This document shows positions 55,926 to 64,000 of a stretch of DNA of 64,000 nucleotides, in pieces. Positions within the stretch are counted from its first letter, which is position 1. Each line of letters begins with the position of its first letter. The stretch is from the sequence record OP045498.1. One strand, written 5' to 3'. Both the position numbers and the translations under genes were made by a program. This DNA is from Klebsiella phage 150049. The notes beneath the pieces are model-generated. The model was not told the origin of the DNA. It searched no databases and worked only from the letters and a program-made list of their open reading frames with translations.

Positions 55926-57070
55926 TAGAACATACCCTCAAATTCGTTGCCAAGATCTTTCAGAGTATCAGCAGAGGTTTCAGTTACCTGACCTACACGA
56001 TATGCTGCACCAATCTGAATCTCTTGCGGAGCAGGTTGTAAAGATGTAGTATCCAACCAGTTCATAATCCACGGAATAGGGTTCTTAGTAATTACAGGTA
56101 AGTGGCTTGGCCATTCTACACCAATGTGCATAAATGCGTTACGTCCTACAAAGTAAAGGTATTCTTCAAGCAATTCTGCGTTCAAACCAATCAGACTGCG
56201 GCCTTTAAAGATAAAGTGGCCCCATTCAATCTCAGTTTTCAGAGTTTTTAGGAGTTGTGCTGGTGCTTTAGCTAATGCTTCGTCTACCAGATCTTTATCA
56301 AACTGCTGGAACATAATCTGGATGATAGCTTTAGACATTTGAGTATGTAGAGCTTCATCTTTAGCGATTAATTGCAGGTTCTTAGCAATACCTTGCAGAA
56401 TATCGTTCTCTGCTAGAGCAAAGGTACATGCAAAGGATGCGTAGAACTGCATTGCTTCCAGACCGTAGATTGCAAAGTAAGCATCTAACAGCTTAGCCTG
56501 AGTTTCACGTTTAACTTCAGGGAACTCAGTTTCTGGATAAGTATTATCACCACGATGATCACGTACTGCAAGGAAATACTGACCTAACAGATACAATTCA
56601 TCAAACAGTTCAACAGAATCTGCGATACGTGCAAATGCTTCTTGGTTTTTAGTTACAGAATCAATAAATTCTGCTGGATCAGTCAGAACGTTACGAATAA
56701 TATTACTATACGCACGGCTGTGCAGATCTTCGAAGTAGCTCCACTGCTTGAGCATACCCTCCAATTCAGGACGGCTTACAAGCGGCATAATAGCTGCTTC
56801 AGGAGCACGGCTAATGAAAGAATCTGTTTGAGTCTGCCATGCTAAGTTCAGGAGAGTAATTTCCTGAATATCACGCGGAAGGTTTGGCCATTGTTTCTTA
56901 TCGGCTTCCAGACTGATTTCAGTTTCAGTCCAAAATTGAGAACGTTGCAGAAGTGCTAGACGCTCAAGTTCAGGATGTGCTACACGAACGTAATCTGCGA
57001 TACCAAGAGAATCGCCCAGGAAAAGGTCAGCGTTAGTATGATCCCAATTCAGGTTTAGTAAAGTAGTCAT
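55925..57070 (-). CDS. nrdB: ribonucleotide reductase class Ia beta subunit
   Basis: 381 aa NrdB-type di-iron/tyrosyl radical protein. Confidence 0.9.
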   Translation of the reverse strand: MTTLLNLNWDHTNADLFLGDSLGIADYVRVAHPELERLALLQRSQFWTETEISLEADKKQWPNLPRDIQEITLLNLAWQTQTDSFISRAPEAAIMPLVSRPELEGMLKQWSYFEDLHSRAYSNIIRNVLTDPAEFIDSVTKNQEAFARIADSVELFDELYLLGQYFLAVRDHRGDNTYPETEFPEVKRETQAKLLDAYFAIYGLEAMQFYASFACTFALAENDILQGIAKNLQLIAKDEALHTQMSKAIIQIMFQQFDKDLVDEALAKAPAQLLKTLKTEIEWGHFIFKGRSLIGLNAELLEEYLYFVGRNAFMHIGVEWPSHLPVITKNPIPWIMNWLDTTSLQPAPQEIQIGAAYRVGQVTETSADTLKDLGNEFEGMF

Positions 57071-57176
57071 TGATTTTCCTCTTTCTCACTATTTCAGGAA
57101 TATTATAGCAAATCTGGTAGCGATTAGCAAGTAAAATTTCAAAGAAAAAGGAGACCCGAAGATCTCCTTGTTTTTA
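57071..57176 (-). promoter_or_regulatory. early promoter cassette (nrdB)
   Basis: Cassette-like TATAAT and AAGCAA elements plus hairpin GGAGATCTTCGGGTCTCC. Confidence 0.4.
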
Positions 57177-59507
57177 TTACAGGTTACAACCACCTGATGC
57201 ACAACCTGCTGCTTCTTCACCAGCTCCACCACCATTTTCAGTGTTGAAGTTAGCGTAGTACCAAGTTTTCCAGCCGTACTTAACAGCAGTCATGAAATCA
57301 CGAACTACTACTGGACCAGGAATGATTTCATTCTCAAACTTGGTGTAGTCATAGTACATATTCGTACTGATAGACTGACTGAAGAATTTCTGCATGGTTG
57401 CTACCCATTTGATCCACTCGATACGATCTACATCATAAGCCAGTTTATAACTCATTAATGTATCCCAATCGGTTGCACCTGGAGCAATTGCAATTACTTT
57501 ATTCACTGCACTACCCTTGATAGATACAATCTTACGAGGCGGCTCGATAGAGTTAGTAACACCTAGCAGTACAGAGGAACTTTCACCCGGCATCTGAGCA
57601 GTCAGAACAGAGTTGCGCATACCATATTTCAGAATATCTGCACGTAGAGATTCCCAATCCATTTCTAGACCTACAGTTACCAGTTCATCAACAGTTTTCT
57701 TGTACGTGTCGATTACCAGAGTTCCTTTGGATGGTTTAGTACGATTAAACCAGTCACATGCACCTTGTTCTTTAGCCAGACGTACAGAGGCTTTGTGCAG
57801 GAAGTAGGACAGCTTTTCAGCTTCACGGTGAATCCAGTTACGGGCTTCAACACCTTCGTAAGCCAAACCTTCTGCTGCCATTGCACCTGCCGCGTTCATC
57901 AGACCAATACCAACGTTACGACGTTTCTTAGCCGTGTATTCCATGGTTGGGAATGGGTAGTCCTGAATCTCGATGATTGTATCAACGAATTTCAGAAGGA
58001 TGTAGCAAGTTTTCTCCCATTCAGCTAGAGATTCCATGCGACCTAGTACAACACCACCTAAGTTACACAAAGATACTTCACCAATATCTTCTGGACGCAT
58101 ATCGTCTAACTGATCTTGGGTCTTATACAGTTCCGTAATGTGATGGAATGGACGGGTTGGCTGAGTAATTTCAACACAAAGGTTGGTCATACGAATCGGG
58201 TCAAGGAAGTTACCATGACGGTTAGATTCACCAATGTGATGAGCATACATACGCCCTGTTTCCATACGGATACGTAACCAAGTATCTAGGATTTCTTTTG
58301 CAGAGATTCTAGGAGCTGCTGGAATTGTTTTTCCTTCGTGGTCGATCTTTGTAAGAGATGCCACACGTTTCTCCGCTGCCACGTAGATTTCTTCAAACTT
58401 AGCCTCATCTTCACCATAAAACGCTTCATGAACTTCTGGTGCGTAGAAGTAGGACATTAGCGTAATATCTTCGTTTTTCAGGTAACGTTTTAACAGAAGG
58501 TTGTTAAAGCTCAGAGAATAATCCATCTTATCGATTTTATTCTCGTCTGTAGCACGTTGCTGCTTAACCTGCATCAACTGAATGATTTCAGGATCGAAGT
58601 ATGGATAAGACACAGTAGCAGAACCGCCACGGGTTTGCTGAGTGTTAGCTTTTACTGAACGGTCAATGTGTCGATAATATGGCAGTTTTCCGGAATGCGG
58701 GAATGCCCCATTTCGCACCGGATCAGCAATTGATCGGCTTTCAAGATGATACCCGATTCCCGCTCTGGCTGCGACCATTTTGAAGACGATATGCTCGGCT
58801 GTGTCGATTGAATCGAGGGTATCAGTACTATCAACAAGACAACAAGAAGCAAAACCGCGGTCACTAGAGCGCAGGCCAACCAGTGGCGGCGTAGGAACGT
58901 TGATTTTGTGGAGCGACATTGCATTGTAGAGGTCGATTGCATCTAGAATTGTCCAGTTAGGTTGAGATAACATCGCCATTGCCATACCCATGTAGGCAAA
59001 CTGCGGGGTTTCATAAATTTCACCAGTTGCAATATTACGACGGGAATACTTGTCGAAGAACTGTTTCAGTCCACCACTGGTGAATAAACGATCACGATCA
59101 TGATCAATAACTTGATTAAGAGCTTCAAATTGTTCATCGGTAATCCATGCACTCATGTCTTCCCAAGCTCCAACACTAACCATATGATCGTGGAAGAAAC
59201 GCAGAGAAGGAGGCTCGAAGGAATCATATAGACGTTTACGCATCTGCGCAAGACGTAATTCCTTAGCCGGCACGTCATATGCTGGGTTATCTTTGATAAG
59301 ACCTTCAGCGGCTTTAATTAACGCATCCATTAGGGTGTCGGAGTCTACAACACCTTTAGGTAGAGTTTTTTGAGCAGCCATAGTGATGGATGACCAGCTT
59401 ACATCAACTGTTTTGCAGCCATACACTGCCCAACCATTGAGTTTTTCAGGAGCAAAGTCTTCTACAGTACCGTCACGTTTAATTACTTTTTCTATGCGAT
59501 GGCTCAT
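57177..59507 (-). CDS. nrdA: ribonucleotide reductase class Ia alpha subunit
   Basis: 776 aa; ATP-cone start MSHRIEKVIKRDGT; start at ATG 59507 with AAAGGAAA RBS. Confidence 0.9.
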   Translation of the reverse strand: MSHRIEKVIKRDGTVEDFAPEKLNGWAVYGCKTVDVSWSSITMAAQKTLPKGVVDSDTLMDALIKAAEGLIKDNPAYDVPAKELRLAQMRKRLYDSFEPPSLRFFHDHMVSVGAWEDMSAWITDEQFEALNQVIDHDRDRLFTSGGLKQFFDKYSRRNIATGEIYETPQFAYMGMAMAMLSQPNWTILDAIDLYNAMSLHKINVPTPPLVGLRSSDRGFASCCLVDSTDTLDSIDTAEHIVFKMVAARAGIGYHLESRSIADPVRNGAFPHSGKLPYYRHIDRSVKANTQQTRGGSATVSYPYFDPEIIQLMQVKQQRATDENKIDKMDYSLSFNNLLLKRYLKNEDITLMSYFYAPEVHEAFYGEDEAKFEEIYVAAEKRVASLTKIDHEGKTIPAAPRISAKEILDTWLRIRMETGRMYAHHIGESNRHGNFLDPIRMTNLCVEITQPTRPFHHITELYKTQDQLDDMRPEDIGEVSLCNLGGVVLGRMESLAEWEKTCYILLKFVDTIIEIQDYPFPTMEYTAKKRRNVGIGLMNAAGAMAAEGLAYEGVEARNWIHREAEKLSYFLHKASVRLAKEQGACDWFNRTKPSKGTLVIDTYKKTVDELVTVGLEMDWESLRADILKYGMRNSVLTAQMPGESSSVLLGVTNSIEPPRKIVSIKGSAVNKVIAIAPGATDWDTLMSYKLAYDVDRIEWIKWVATMQKFFSQSISTNMYYDYTKFENEIIPGPVVVRDFMTAVKYGWKTWYYANFNTENGGGAGEEAAGCASGGCNL

Positions 59508-59628
59508 TTGGCTTTCCTTTTTGTAGTTATCAGGATTTAGGAAATAGTTTACTTTATTATCAGTCATTTGGCAAATAAAATTTTCTGATAGAAAAGGCCC
59601 GAGTATTTTCATACCCAGGCCTTCTATA

Positions 59629-59871
59629 TTACCAGTCTAGTTTTTCGGCTTGATTAATTACTTTTGCTTTCGCATTCGCCCTCAGAAGAATATCTACTGA
59701 TGTTGAAAGTTCATTATAATTAAAAGGCCGATTTGGATTAGAGGCTACAATTTTCCACGCTAGGGTAGTCTTAGGACTTTCTTCCCCTTCCTTACGTGTA
59801 ATCATATTAGCAGCACTCAATGAAGTACGGTGGATCTTAGTTTTGCGGTGCAGATGTACGACGTTTCCCAT
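59629..59871 (-). CDS. hypothetical small protein
   Basis: ORF. Confidence 0.4.
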   Translation of the reverse strand: MGNVVHLHRKTKIHRTSLSAANMITRKEGEESPKTTLAWKIVASNPNRPFNYNELSTSVDILLRANAKAKVINQAEKLDW

Positions 59872-59872
59872 A

Positions 59873-60625
59873 TTACACCTTCCCCATATCCTTAAAGATA
59901 TCGTAGAATGCTTTAGACTCTGGTGAGCGAACGTTGTCGATCAGTTCGATCATAGAGAAAGGAGAGTTTTCGTACTTCTCATAGACTTCCATAAGAAGTG
60001 CTAGACCTGAATCACCCTTGATGTCTTTCTGAGCTATATCTCCACAGATAATTAAACGACAATCTTGTCCTACACGAGTCAAAAGACAGATCATTGCTTC
60101 AACGGAGATATTCTGAGCTTCATCGACAATTACATAGGAGTTGTTGAAAGTTCGGCCACGGGCATGTTCGATAGCCAGGAATTTAATTTTCTGACGTTCG
60201 ACATATCCTTTGTAGGCGTGATCACCGATTGCCCATTTCATGCCATCGGCTATTGGTTCCAACCAAGGCTCTAGCTTTTCTGCCAGATCACCTGGGAGCA
60301 TACCAAGAGATTTACCTAGAGGTTCGTTCGGACGCACGAGGATCACTTGCTCAATATCTGAGTGAATGTCTACGAGTTCCTGAGCTGCAAGAACGGACGG
60401 AATAAAGGTTTTACCAGTACCTGGTTCACCAATACCCACAGTCACTGTGTTGTTCTTGATCATATTGATATATGATTTTTGCTCACGGTTTTTACCAACT
60501 AGGGATTTAGCAACTGGATTGGCGTAATCACCAGAGAAATCTGCTTGAATTACGTTACTCTCATACTTGTTGCCACGCTTTCTTGAACCATTGCGGTTCT
60601 CTCTTTTTTGACGTGCTTTTCCCAT
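59873..60625 (-). CDS. phoH: PhoH-like ATPase
   Basis: Walker A GEPGTGKT, Walker B VIVDEAQN; start ATG 60625 with TAGGAG RBS. Confidence 0.8.
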   Translation of the reverse strand: MGKARQKRENRNGSRKRGNKYESNVIQADFSGDYANPVAKSLVGKNREQKSYINMIKNNTVTVGIGEPGTGKTFIPSVLAAQELVDIHSDIEQVILVRPNEPLGKSLGMLPGDLAEKLEPWLEPIADGMKWAIGDHAYKGYVERQKIKFLAIEHARGRTFNNSYVIVDEAQNISVEAMICLLTRVGQDCRLIICGDIAQKDIKGDSGLALLMEVYEKYENSPFSMIELIDNVRSPESKAFYDIFKDMGKV

Positions 60626-60634
60626 AAATAACAC

Positions 60635-60760
60635 TCCTATAGTGTACTTCGCTAACAGAGGATCAACAAAAAGATCTTGTTTATCAACTTACAAATATAT
60701 TATACCAATATATACGGGAGAAAGCAACTACAATTTTAAATAAGCCTATGATATTGCATT
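60635..60760 (-). promoter_or_regulatory. early promoter cassette (phoH)
   Basis: Minus strand TTGCTT-17-TATAAT. Confidence 0.5.
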
Positions 60761-60867
60761 TAAATAAAAAATTTGCTTGCTTTTATTGGGAGATGTATGG
60801 TACTAGATAATCATTTTATATCGCGTACACGGGTGCGTGATTATACTATTTTTAGTAGAGGTTGGCA

Positions 60868-60977
60868 AATAAAATTTTTTGACTCAGATCATGTTACAGA
60901 ACTTTATAGTAAAATATTGTTGACATCCGCCTTCGAATGAGTTATAATAGTAGTCTTAGTTAGAGAAGGAGGGTATA
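60868..60977 (+). promoter_or_regulatory. nrdD promoter region: FNR-like box TTGAC-N4-ATCAT, TATAGT -10, then consensus TTGACA-17-TATAAT promoter
   Basis: FNR half-sites at 60868-60881 centred about 42 bp upstream of a TSS predicted from TATAGT (60905-60910); second promoter TTGACA 60921-60926 / TATAAT 60943-60948. Confidence 0.45.
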
Positions 60978-62852
60978 ATGAATCGCAATGAAGAACTAAA
61001 GTATAAAGGAATGCAGTCCTTGATTCGAAACTGCAAAGAAATTATCGAAGGTTCAGCAGATGAAGAGCTGCTGTTTAATAATGCCAATAAGCCCTCAGAA
61101 CGTTTCCCTACACAAAGGGATATGCTTGCAGGGGAATTGAGTAAATATCTGATTCTGGAAGAAATGCCAATCCAGATTCGAAATGCTCACATGATTGGTG
61201 ATATTCACTTCCATGATGCTGATTACGCTGCGTTAGGTATGACTAACTGTTGCCTGGTTGCTTTGGAAGATATGTTGAAGAATGGTATGAAGGTTGGTAA
61301 TGCTGAAATCAGTACACCAAACTCTATTACTACTGCGGCTGCTATCACAGCTCAGATTATCACTCAGGTTAGTTCACATCAATATGGGGGTACTTCTGTA
61401 GACCGATTAGATGAAGTATTGGCTCCTTATGTTCGTAAGTCTTATGATAAGAATCATGCGTTTGCAAAGCGTTGGACTAAGGATGAAGCTAAAGCATCTG
61501 TAATGGCTACGGAAATGACTGAGAAAGAAGTTTACGATGCCTGTCAGGGCCTGGAGTATGAAATCAATACGATGTTCAACTCTAATGGTCAAAGTCCGTT
61601 TATTACCTTTGGTTTTGGTCTAGGAACTTCTTGGGAAGCACGTCTTGTACAGAAAGCAATACTAGAAGTACGTATGGATGGTTTGGGTATCAATAAACGT
61701 ACAGCTATCTTCCCTAAACTGGTATTTGTTTTGCGTGAGGGCGTAAACATGAAACCTGGTGATGTTAACTATGATATCAAGAAGTTAGCTATGAAATGTA
61801 CTGCTGAACGTATGTATCCTGACTACATCAGTTATGATAAGGTTGTAGAAGTTACGGGGGACTACAAAGTCTCTATGGGCTGTCGTTCGTTCCTGGCTGC
61901 TGCGGAAGATGGTGAAACTTCTGGTCGTAACAACTTAGGCGTTGTTTCCGTAAACCTTCCTCGAATCGCTATCGAAGCGGAAGGAAATATTGATCTATTC
62001 TTCGATCTGCTTGAGCTGCGTGTGGATACCGCGTTAAAAGCATTGGAGTGGAGGGTTGATCGCTTAAAATACATTCAAGCTAAAGCTGCGCCCATCCTCT
62101 ATATGTCAGGAGCCTTTGGATTACGTCTGGGGCCAGATGAATATGTATTTGATCATTTCTACAAGCGTGCTTCTGTATCTCTAGGATATATTGGTTGCCA
62201 CGAAATGTTGCAGCTCATGTTTGGTAAAGATGTAGATACAATGTCTGAGTCTTGTATCAAGTTCGTTCAACGTGTGCTACAATACATGCGTGATCGTGCT
62301 GATCAGAAGAAGGAAGAGACTCAATTAGGGTATAGTCTGTATGCTACACCATCTGAATCTCTATGTGATCGCTTCTGTCGCCTAGACCGTGAGTATTTCC
62401 CAGAGCATGAAGATATTCTGGCTAAAGGATATTACACTAATTCCCATCACCTTGATGTAGAACGTAAGGTTGCTCCAAATGTGAAGTTTGATTATGAGTC
62501 TAACTTTACTCCTATTGCTTCTGGTGGGTGCATTTCCTATGTGGAATTACCGGATATGAAACGATTCCCTGATGCACTGGAATGGGTTATTAACTATGCT
62601 GCAAGTAAAGTTCATTACTTCGGTATTAATACTCCAGTAGACTCTTGTGGGGAATGTGGGTTCTTGGGTGAAACTATAGCTTCTGAGGATGGTTTCAAAT
62701 GCCCAATTTGTGGCAATCATGATCCTGAGACTCTTGAGGTAACTCGTCGAGTTTGTGGATATCTTGGAAACCCAGGTGCTCGTCCATTTAACCCAGGTAA
62801 ACAACATGAGGTTATGGGTCGAGTGAAACATCAGGACATTCGCGCTAAATAA
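60978..62852 (+). CDS. nrdD: anaerobic ribonucleoside-triphosphate reductase
   Basis: 624 aa; C-terminal glycyl-radical motif RVCGYLG and Cys cluster CPICGNHD; uninterrupted. Confidence 0.9.
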   Translation: MNRNEELKYKGMQSLIRNCKEIIEGSADEELLFNNANKPSERFPTQRDMLAGELSKYLILEEMPIQIRNAHMIGDIHFHDADYAALGMTNCCLVALEDMLKNGMKVGNAEISTPNSITTAAAITAQIITQVSSHQYGGTSVDRLDEVLAPYVRKSYDKNHAFAKRWTKDEAKASVMATEMTEKEVYDACQGLEYEINTMFNSNGQSPFITFGFGLGTSWEARLVQKAILEVRMDGLGINKRTAIFPKLVFVLREGVNMKPGDVNYDIKKLAMKCTAERMYPDYISYDKVVEVTGDYKVSMGCRSFLAAAEDGETSGRNNLGVVSVNLPRIAIEAEGNIDLFFDLLELRVDTALKALEWRVDRLKYIQAKAAPILYMSGAFGLRLGPDEYVFDHFYKRASVSLGYIGCHEMLQLMFGKDVDTMSESCIKFVQRVLQYMRDRADQKKEETQLGYSLYATPSESLCDRFCRLDREYFPEHEDILAKGYYTNSHHLDVERKVAPNVKFDYESNFTPIASGGCISYVELPDMKRFPDALEWVINYAASKVHYFGINTPVDSCGECGFLGETIASEDGFKCPICGNHDPETLEVTRRVCGYLGNPGARPFNPGKQHEVMGRVKHQDIRAK

Positions 62853-62950
62853 TGAATCAGCCAGGTTGCTAGTCGACCTGGCTTTTATTTTATTTGCTTT
62901 CGAGCTAAAACTTATGTATAATTGATTTATAAATTTGAGAGGAGAAAGCT

Positions 62951-63232
62951 ATGAGCGAATTGCTTCCGAAAGTAGATGTTTCCCATCTTGGCGAGCCTAG
63001 TGAAGAACGTAAGGCCCTAGATTGGTTGGGCGGATTTGATTATCGTCGTGTTGTTGCAACATGGAATGATAAGAAAGTTAAGAAGTTTCGGGTACATTAT
63101 GTAGGTAAAGACAAGTGGCTCTGGATTGATTATGAAGAATCGAAGGGGTCTACTAAGGCTGTGAAAATTTATCGTATGTATGGGTATTATTATGCTCACT
63201 GTGATAAGAATGAATTTACAGTACAGAACTAA
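62951..63232 (+). CDS. hypothetical protein
   Basis: RBS GAGAGGAG; lacks a radical-SAM CxxxCxxC, so not NrdG. Confidence 0.45.
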   Translation: MSELLPKVDVSHLGEPSEERKALDWLGGFDYRRVVATWNDKKVKKFRVHYVGKDKWLWIDYEESKGSTKAVKIYRMYGYYYAHCDKNEFTVQN

Positions 63233-63241
63233 GGAACAAGA

Positions 63242-63445
63242 ATGAAAAACGTAAAACATCTTAAATATCGCTTAATTTACAACGGACGTATGGAAACAGA
63301 AGATCTAGCTCAGCTAGCGATCAATTCAGATGAAGTTACAGTTCGTGCTTTGTCCATCGAGAAGCTGCGTGCTTCTTACGAAAATCGTATTATGGAATTG
63401 GAGGAAAAACTTTATGGACTTCTTGAATCAGAATCTAAAAAGTAA
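63242..63445 (+). CDS. hypothetical small protein
   Basis: AAGGAA RBS. Confidence 0.4.
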   Translation: MKNVKHLKYRLIYNGRMETEDLAQLAINSDEVTVRALSIEKLRASYENRIMELEEKLYGLLESESKK

Positions 63446-63608
63446 TTTAGAAAATATGCTTATGGAGCAGTGGAATGCTGGGTATAATGCTGGAGTAGCT
63501 ACCTGTATTGCTGGTTTGGATATGCTTATTAAGCAAGAGAAGGTTCGCCCAGAAGAAGCAATTCTGCTCCAAAATATCATCGAAGGATTCAAGCAAGGAA
63601 TCGTATAA
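63411..63608 (+). CDS. hypothetical small protein
   Basis: GGAGG RBS before ATG 63411; overlaps the previous ORF by 35 nt. Confidence 0.35.
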   Translation, partial: FMDFLNQNLKSNLENMLMEQWNAGYNAGVATCIAGLDMLIKQEKVRPEEAILLQNIIEGFKQGIV

Positions 63609-64000
63609 TGCGTAGACTAATCGTTGTTAGTGGTGCAGGTTTGAGTGTAGATAGTGGTGTTCGTGCTTTCCGTACTGATACTGCTAGTGGGAAATCCTTG
63701 TGGGATGAGTACGATCTAGAGGAAGTATGTAGCTTGCCTAACTTTGAAGCTGGCTTCCGTCGCTTCTGTGGTGAAGATGATCCTAACTACTTCAGTGCTC
63801 GTTTCCCTGGCATTGATAAAGATGGTAACGATCTGTATCTCAAGACTCATGAGTTCTACAACATGCGTCGTCAGGAATTACAGACTGTTGAGCCTAACAT
63901 TGCCCATCTGCGAATTGCAGAATGGTTCCAGCGTTATGGTGCGGATAGCGTGAAGAACTTCACTACTAACGTTGATGACCTTCTGGAACGTGCTGGTATC
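63608..64000 (+). CDS. Sir2-family NAD-dependent protein (N-terminal part; continues beyond window end)
   Basis: VVSGAGLSVDSGVRAFR matches the sirtuin GAGxSxxSGIPxFR NAD-binding motif; TAATG overlap. Confidence 0.6.
   Translation, partial: MRRLIVVSGAGLSVDSGVRAFRTDTASGKSLWDEYDLEEVCSLPNFEAGFRRFCGEDDPNYFSARFPGIDKDGNDLYLKTHEFYNMRRQELQTVEPNIAHLRIAEWFQRYGADSVKNFTTNVDDLLERAGI

Noticed and set aside
54544-62852. Group I introns or inteins in td, nrdB and nrdD as in T4
   Set aside because: All three reading frames are continuous with family-typical lengths (284, 381, 624 aa); no internal ORF-free insertions.
62951-63608. nrdG (anaerobic RNR activase) expected right after nrdD
   Set aside because: None of the three small downstream ORFs contains a radical-SAM CxxxCxxC motif or has the expected ~155 aa size.

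Overview
This 64 kb window looks like part of a large virulent T4-like myovirus genome infecting a gammaproteobacterial host (E. coli-type DnaA and LexA-box-like motifs, ~40% GC). Most genes are small minus-strand early genes. About 24 of them are preceded by a near-identical ~60-bp cassette comprising an early promoter, a 5'UTR and an RBS. Recognisable modules on the minus strand are nucleotide metabolism (nrdA, nrdB, frd, td, nrdD with an FNR-like box, dNMP kinase, thioredoxin-like, dexA-like exonuclease, RNase HI, phoH), lysis (T4 holin t, M15 endolysin, spanin pair) and a NAD-salvage pair (pnuC plus a nadR-like NMNAT/NR kinase). A partial Sir2-like gene sits on the plus strand at the window end. 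A dense cluster of 30 tRNA genes at 31.8-41.1 kb plus 46.5 kb covers all 20 amino acids, and contains two aberrant 120-130 nt tRNA-like elements. Other protein calls include ClpP-like and HslV/proteasome-like peptidases, a GrcA glycyl-radical spare part, three metallophosphoesterases and an SleB-like hydrolase. Three regions stand out. The first is a plus-strand island at 8.6-13.9 kb bounded by imperfect inverted repeats that carry LexA-box-like palindromes and DnaA boxes, with an iteron array resembling a plasmid-type origin. The second is a promoter-driven 1.1 kb GC-rich ORF-free segment next to tRNA-Arg that may be a large structured RNA. The third is a plus-strand operon of low-complexity Q-rich, Gly-rich and Cys-rich proteins. 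All calls come from reading the sequence and the ORF track; no database searches were run.
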